A stretch of 19,128 bases of DNA from Nitrososphaerota archaeon. GTDB taxonomy: Archaea; Thermoproteota; Nitrososphaeria; Nitrososphaerales; UBA57. A program made the translations under genes and the position numbers. Position 1 is the first letter of the stretch. Each line of letters opens with the position of its first letter. Where the stretch lies: the NCBI GenBank assembly GCA_013378385.1, contig JACAFS010000016.1, forward strand, positions 1-19,128. The letters are read 5' to 3'. The notes beneath the pieces were generated by a model that was not told where the DNA came from, ran no database searches, and saw nothing but the letters and a program-made list of their open reading frames with translations. Below are positions 14,089-19,128 of the stretch, piece after piece.

Positions 14089-15114
14089 TTAAGATTGAAT
14101 TGCTTTAATTGTGTTTTTCCACCAATAAGACATCTCAGGTGACATGTTAGAGTCAAATGGAAGATAGAAATTAATACGATCCAACAGGCCAGAATATTTT
14201 TTTATGGCAAGAGGGGCAATTTCGTTAGGAGTGCCAATTATTGCAACAGTTTCAAGAATTTCATCAGTAATTAGTTTAGGCATGTCCTTAAAGTTACCAG
14301 AAGAAGACAATCGATTAAGTTCCTTGGCAATGTCGCCCCAACCATGCGTCTCAAGCACCTTAGAATATGTAGGGGTGGATGAATAGAATGCAATCTGTGA
14401 TCGAACAAATTCCCTGGTTTTTATCATTGAATCAGAATCAGGACCGGTAATAACGAAGGCAGATCCGCTTATTGAAACGTCTTTAATATTGCGATCGTGA
14501 GATTCGCAGCCAATTTCAATATTTGGAATAATAAAATCTTCTATGTATTCTTTAGTATGCAAAGGATGAACATGAAAACCATCACATACTTCCCCTGCGG
14601 CTTTACATAGCGATTCATTTACACCAGCAATATAGATAGGGATGTTAGGATGGTCTATAGGTCCAGGATTAAAGAAAGGAGTCATAAGATTTAGCTTATA
14701 ATAATTTCCATTGAAATTCAAGGGAGTTTGAGTTTGCCAACAATCCCATATGTGGCGAATGCAAGAAATTATTTCCTTGAGTTGAGAAACAGGAGAATCC
14801 CAGGGCATTCCGAATCTTCTTTTTACATGAGATCTTACCTGTGTACCAAGACCTAAAAAGAATCTTCCGTTAGAAAGCTGTGATAAATCCCAAGAAGTAT
14901 AAGCAAGAACCATCGGACTTCGTGCCAATGCAACAGAAATAGCAGTACCTAATTTAATTTTATTTGTATTTTGAGATGCAATGGAAAGAGGAAGAAAGGG
15001 ATTATGTTTAGTTTCACTAGTCCACATACAATTAAAACCAATTTCCTCAGCAGCGATAGATAATTTAGAAATATCATTAATCGAATAATCAGCAAAAACG
15101 ACGTCAATATCCAT
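14089..15114 (-). CDS. Luciferase-like monooxygenase (LLM) class oxidoreductase, probably F420-dependent
   Basis: 341 aa with a TIM-barrel LLM pattern: LSIAAEEIGFNCMWTSETKHNPFLPLS, LGTAISVALARSPMVLAYTSWDLSQLSNGRFFLGLGTQV and IYIAGVNESLCKAAGEVCDGF. Confidence 0.7.
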   Translation of the reverse strand: MDIDVVFADYSINDISKLSIAAEEIGFNCMWTSETKHNPFLPLSIASQNTNKIKLGTAISVALARSPMVLAYTSWDLSQLSNGRFFLGLGTQVRSHVKRRFGMPWDSPVSQLKEIISCIRHIWDCWQTQTPLNFNGNYYKLNLMTPFFNPGPIDHPNIPIYIAGVNESLCKAAGEVCDGFHVHPLHTKEYIEDFIIPNIEIGCESHDRNIKDVSISGSAFVITGPDSDSMIKTREFVRSQIAFYSSTPTYSKVLETHGWGDIAKELNRLSSSGNFKDMPKLITDEILETVAIIGTPNEIAPLAIKKYSGLLDRINFYLPFDSNMSPEMSYWWKNTIKAIQS

Positions 15115-15160
15115 TAAGGAACAATAAATCTAATTGAATATAAAAAATAAGGACAATAAT

Positions 15161-15175
15161 TCGTCGTGTATAGTT
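15161..15175. other. 3' half of the 23S rRNA precursor processing stem
   Basis: tcgtcgtgtatagtt is the exact reverse complement of aactatacacgacga at 18266..18280. The two halves bracket the whole 23S. Confidence 0.7.
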
Positions 15176-15199
15176 TTTACGTGGTATAGAAATGAACAT

Positions 15200-18245
<3,046 letters not shown>

Positions 18246-18393
18246 CATCTCTATACGCTATACGCAACTATACACGACGATAATTGTGTTAAACACTACG
18301 TCCTTCACTCTTCAAGATCTTTGAAGAGTTGCATCTAAATATGACATCTTGAAATTTTTAGTCAAAACTGTACTCCCTATCACTATTTATTCT
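18246..18393 (-). other. 16S-23S internal transcribed spacer without tRNA
   Basis: About 150 nt lie between the 16S 3' end and the 23S 5' end. I found no cloverleaf-capable segment or T-loop consensus. It contains the 23S stem half at 18266..18280 and a 9-bp hairpin (actcttcaa-gatct-ttgaagagt) at 18307..18329. Confidence 0.7.
18266..18280. other. 5' half of the 23S rRNA precursor processing stem
   Basis: Exact 15-nt complement of 15161..15175. Partial complementarity continues on both sides (acaat at 15153..15157 with attgt at 18283..18287). Confidence 0.7.

Positions 18394-19128
<735 letters not shown>

Noticed and set aside
26-14386. Antisense or overlapping shadow ORFs: 26..250, 915..1190, 2005..2487, 2822..3025, 3316..3597, 3575..3760, 4575..4874, 5938..6147, 6353..6583, 7096..7347, 7268..7486, 11030..11269, 13372..13572, 13616..13840, 14204..14386
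   Set aside because: Each is fully embedded in, or overlaps, a much longer ORF with clear family signatures on the other strand or frame. Their peptides are low-complexity and show no recognisable motifs.
13256-15114. A restriction-modification or other defence island around the methyltransferase
   Set aside because: There is no endonuclease, specificity subunit, helicase/nuclease or ATPase ORF. The neighbours are a metabolic oxidoreductase and the propeller gene, and the intergenic gaps are tiny.
18246-18393. A tRNA (Ala or Ile) in the 16S-23S spacer
   Set aside because: The spacer is about 150 nt, much of it taken by processing-stem sequence and one hairpin. There is no GTTCGAATC-like T-arm or acceptor-stem complementarity.

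Overview
This is an AT-rich, very tightly packed archaeal chromosomal window. The rRNA signatures and gene content look thaumarchaeal (Nitrosopumilus-like), but I cannot confirm the taxon without a search.

Left part: the 3' portion of endonuclease III (nth); a signal-less SsuA/NMT1-like binding-protein-fold gene; an ilvN-leuA-leuC-leuD operon with bacterial-type (long) LeuC/LeuD; and a Gmd-family sugar-nucleotide dehydratase followed by an untracked 38-codon zinc-ribbon ORF.

Centre (about 7.0-13.3 kb), the most unusual region:
- A compositionally distinct, membrane-anchored Fe3+-type solute-binding protein (SBP).
- A divergent ArsR-HTH + V4R regulator.
- A close PqqC homologue in which several residues I recall as PQQ-contacting appear replaced.
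- Two tandem paralogous 2-TM mini-proteins.
- A signal-less paralogue of the SBP, start/stop-overlapped (TTGA) with a PQQ-dehydrogenase-like beta-propeller. The propeller has an N-terminal signal peptide, a C-terminal TM tail and non-canonical metal/catalytic motifs.
- No pqqA/B/D/E and no ABC permease or ATPase anywhere in the window.

Right part: an apparently orphan beta-class SPPY DNA methyltransferase, an LLM-class (F420-type) oxidoreductase, then on the minus strand a 23S rRNA, a tRNA-less ITS and the 3' half of a 16S rRNA that runs off the window.

I saw no CRISPR array, tRNA, transposase or integrase. All coordinates and motif comparisons were made by eye. Comparisons to reference proteins rely on sequences as I remember them.
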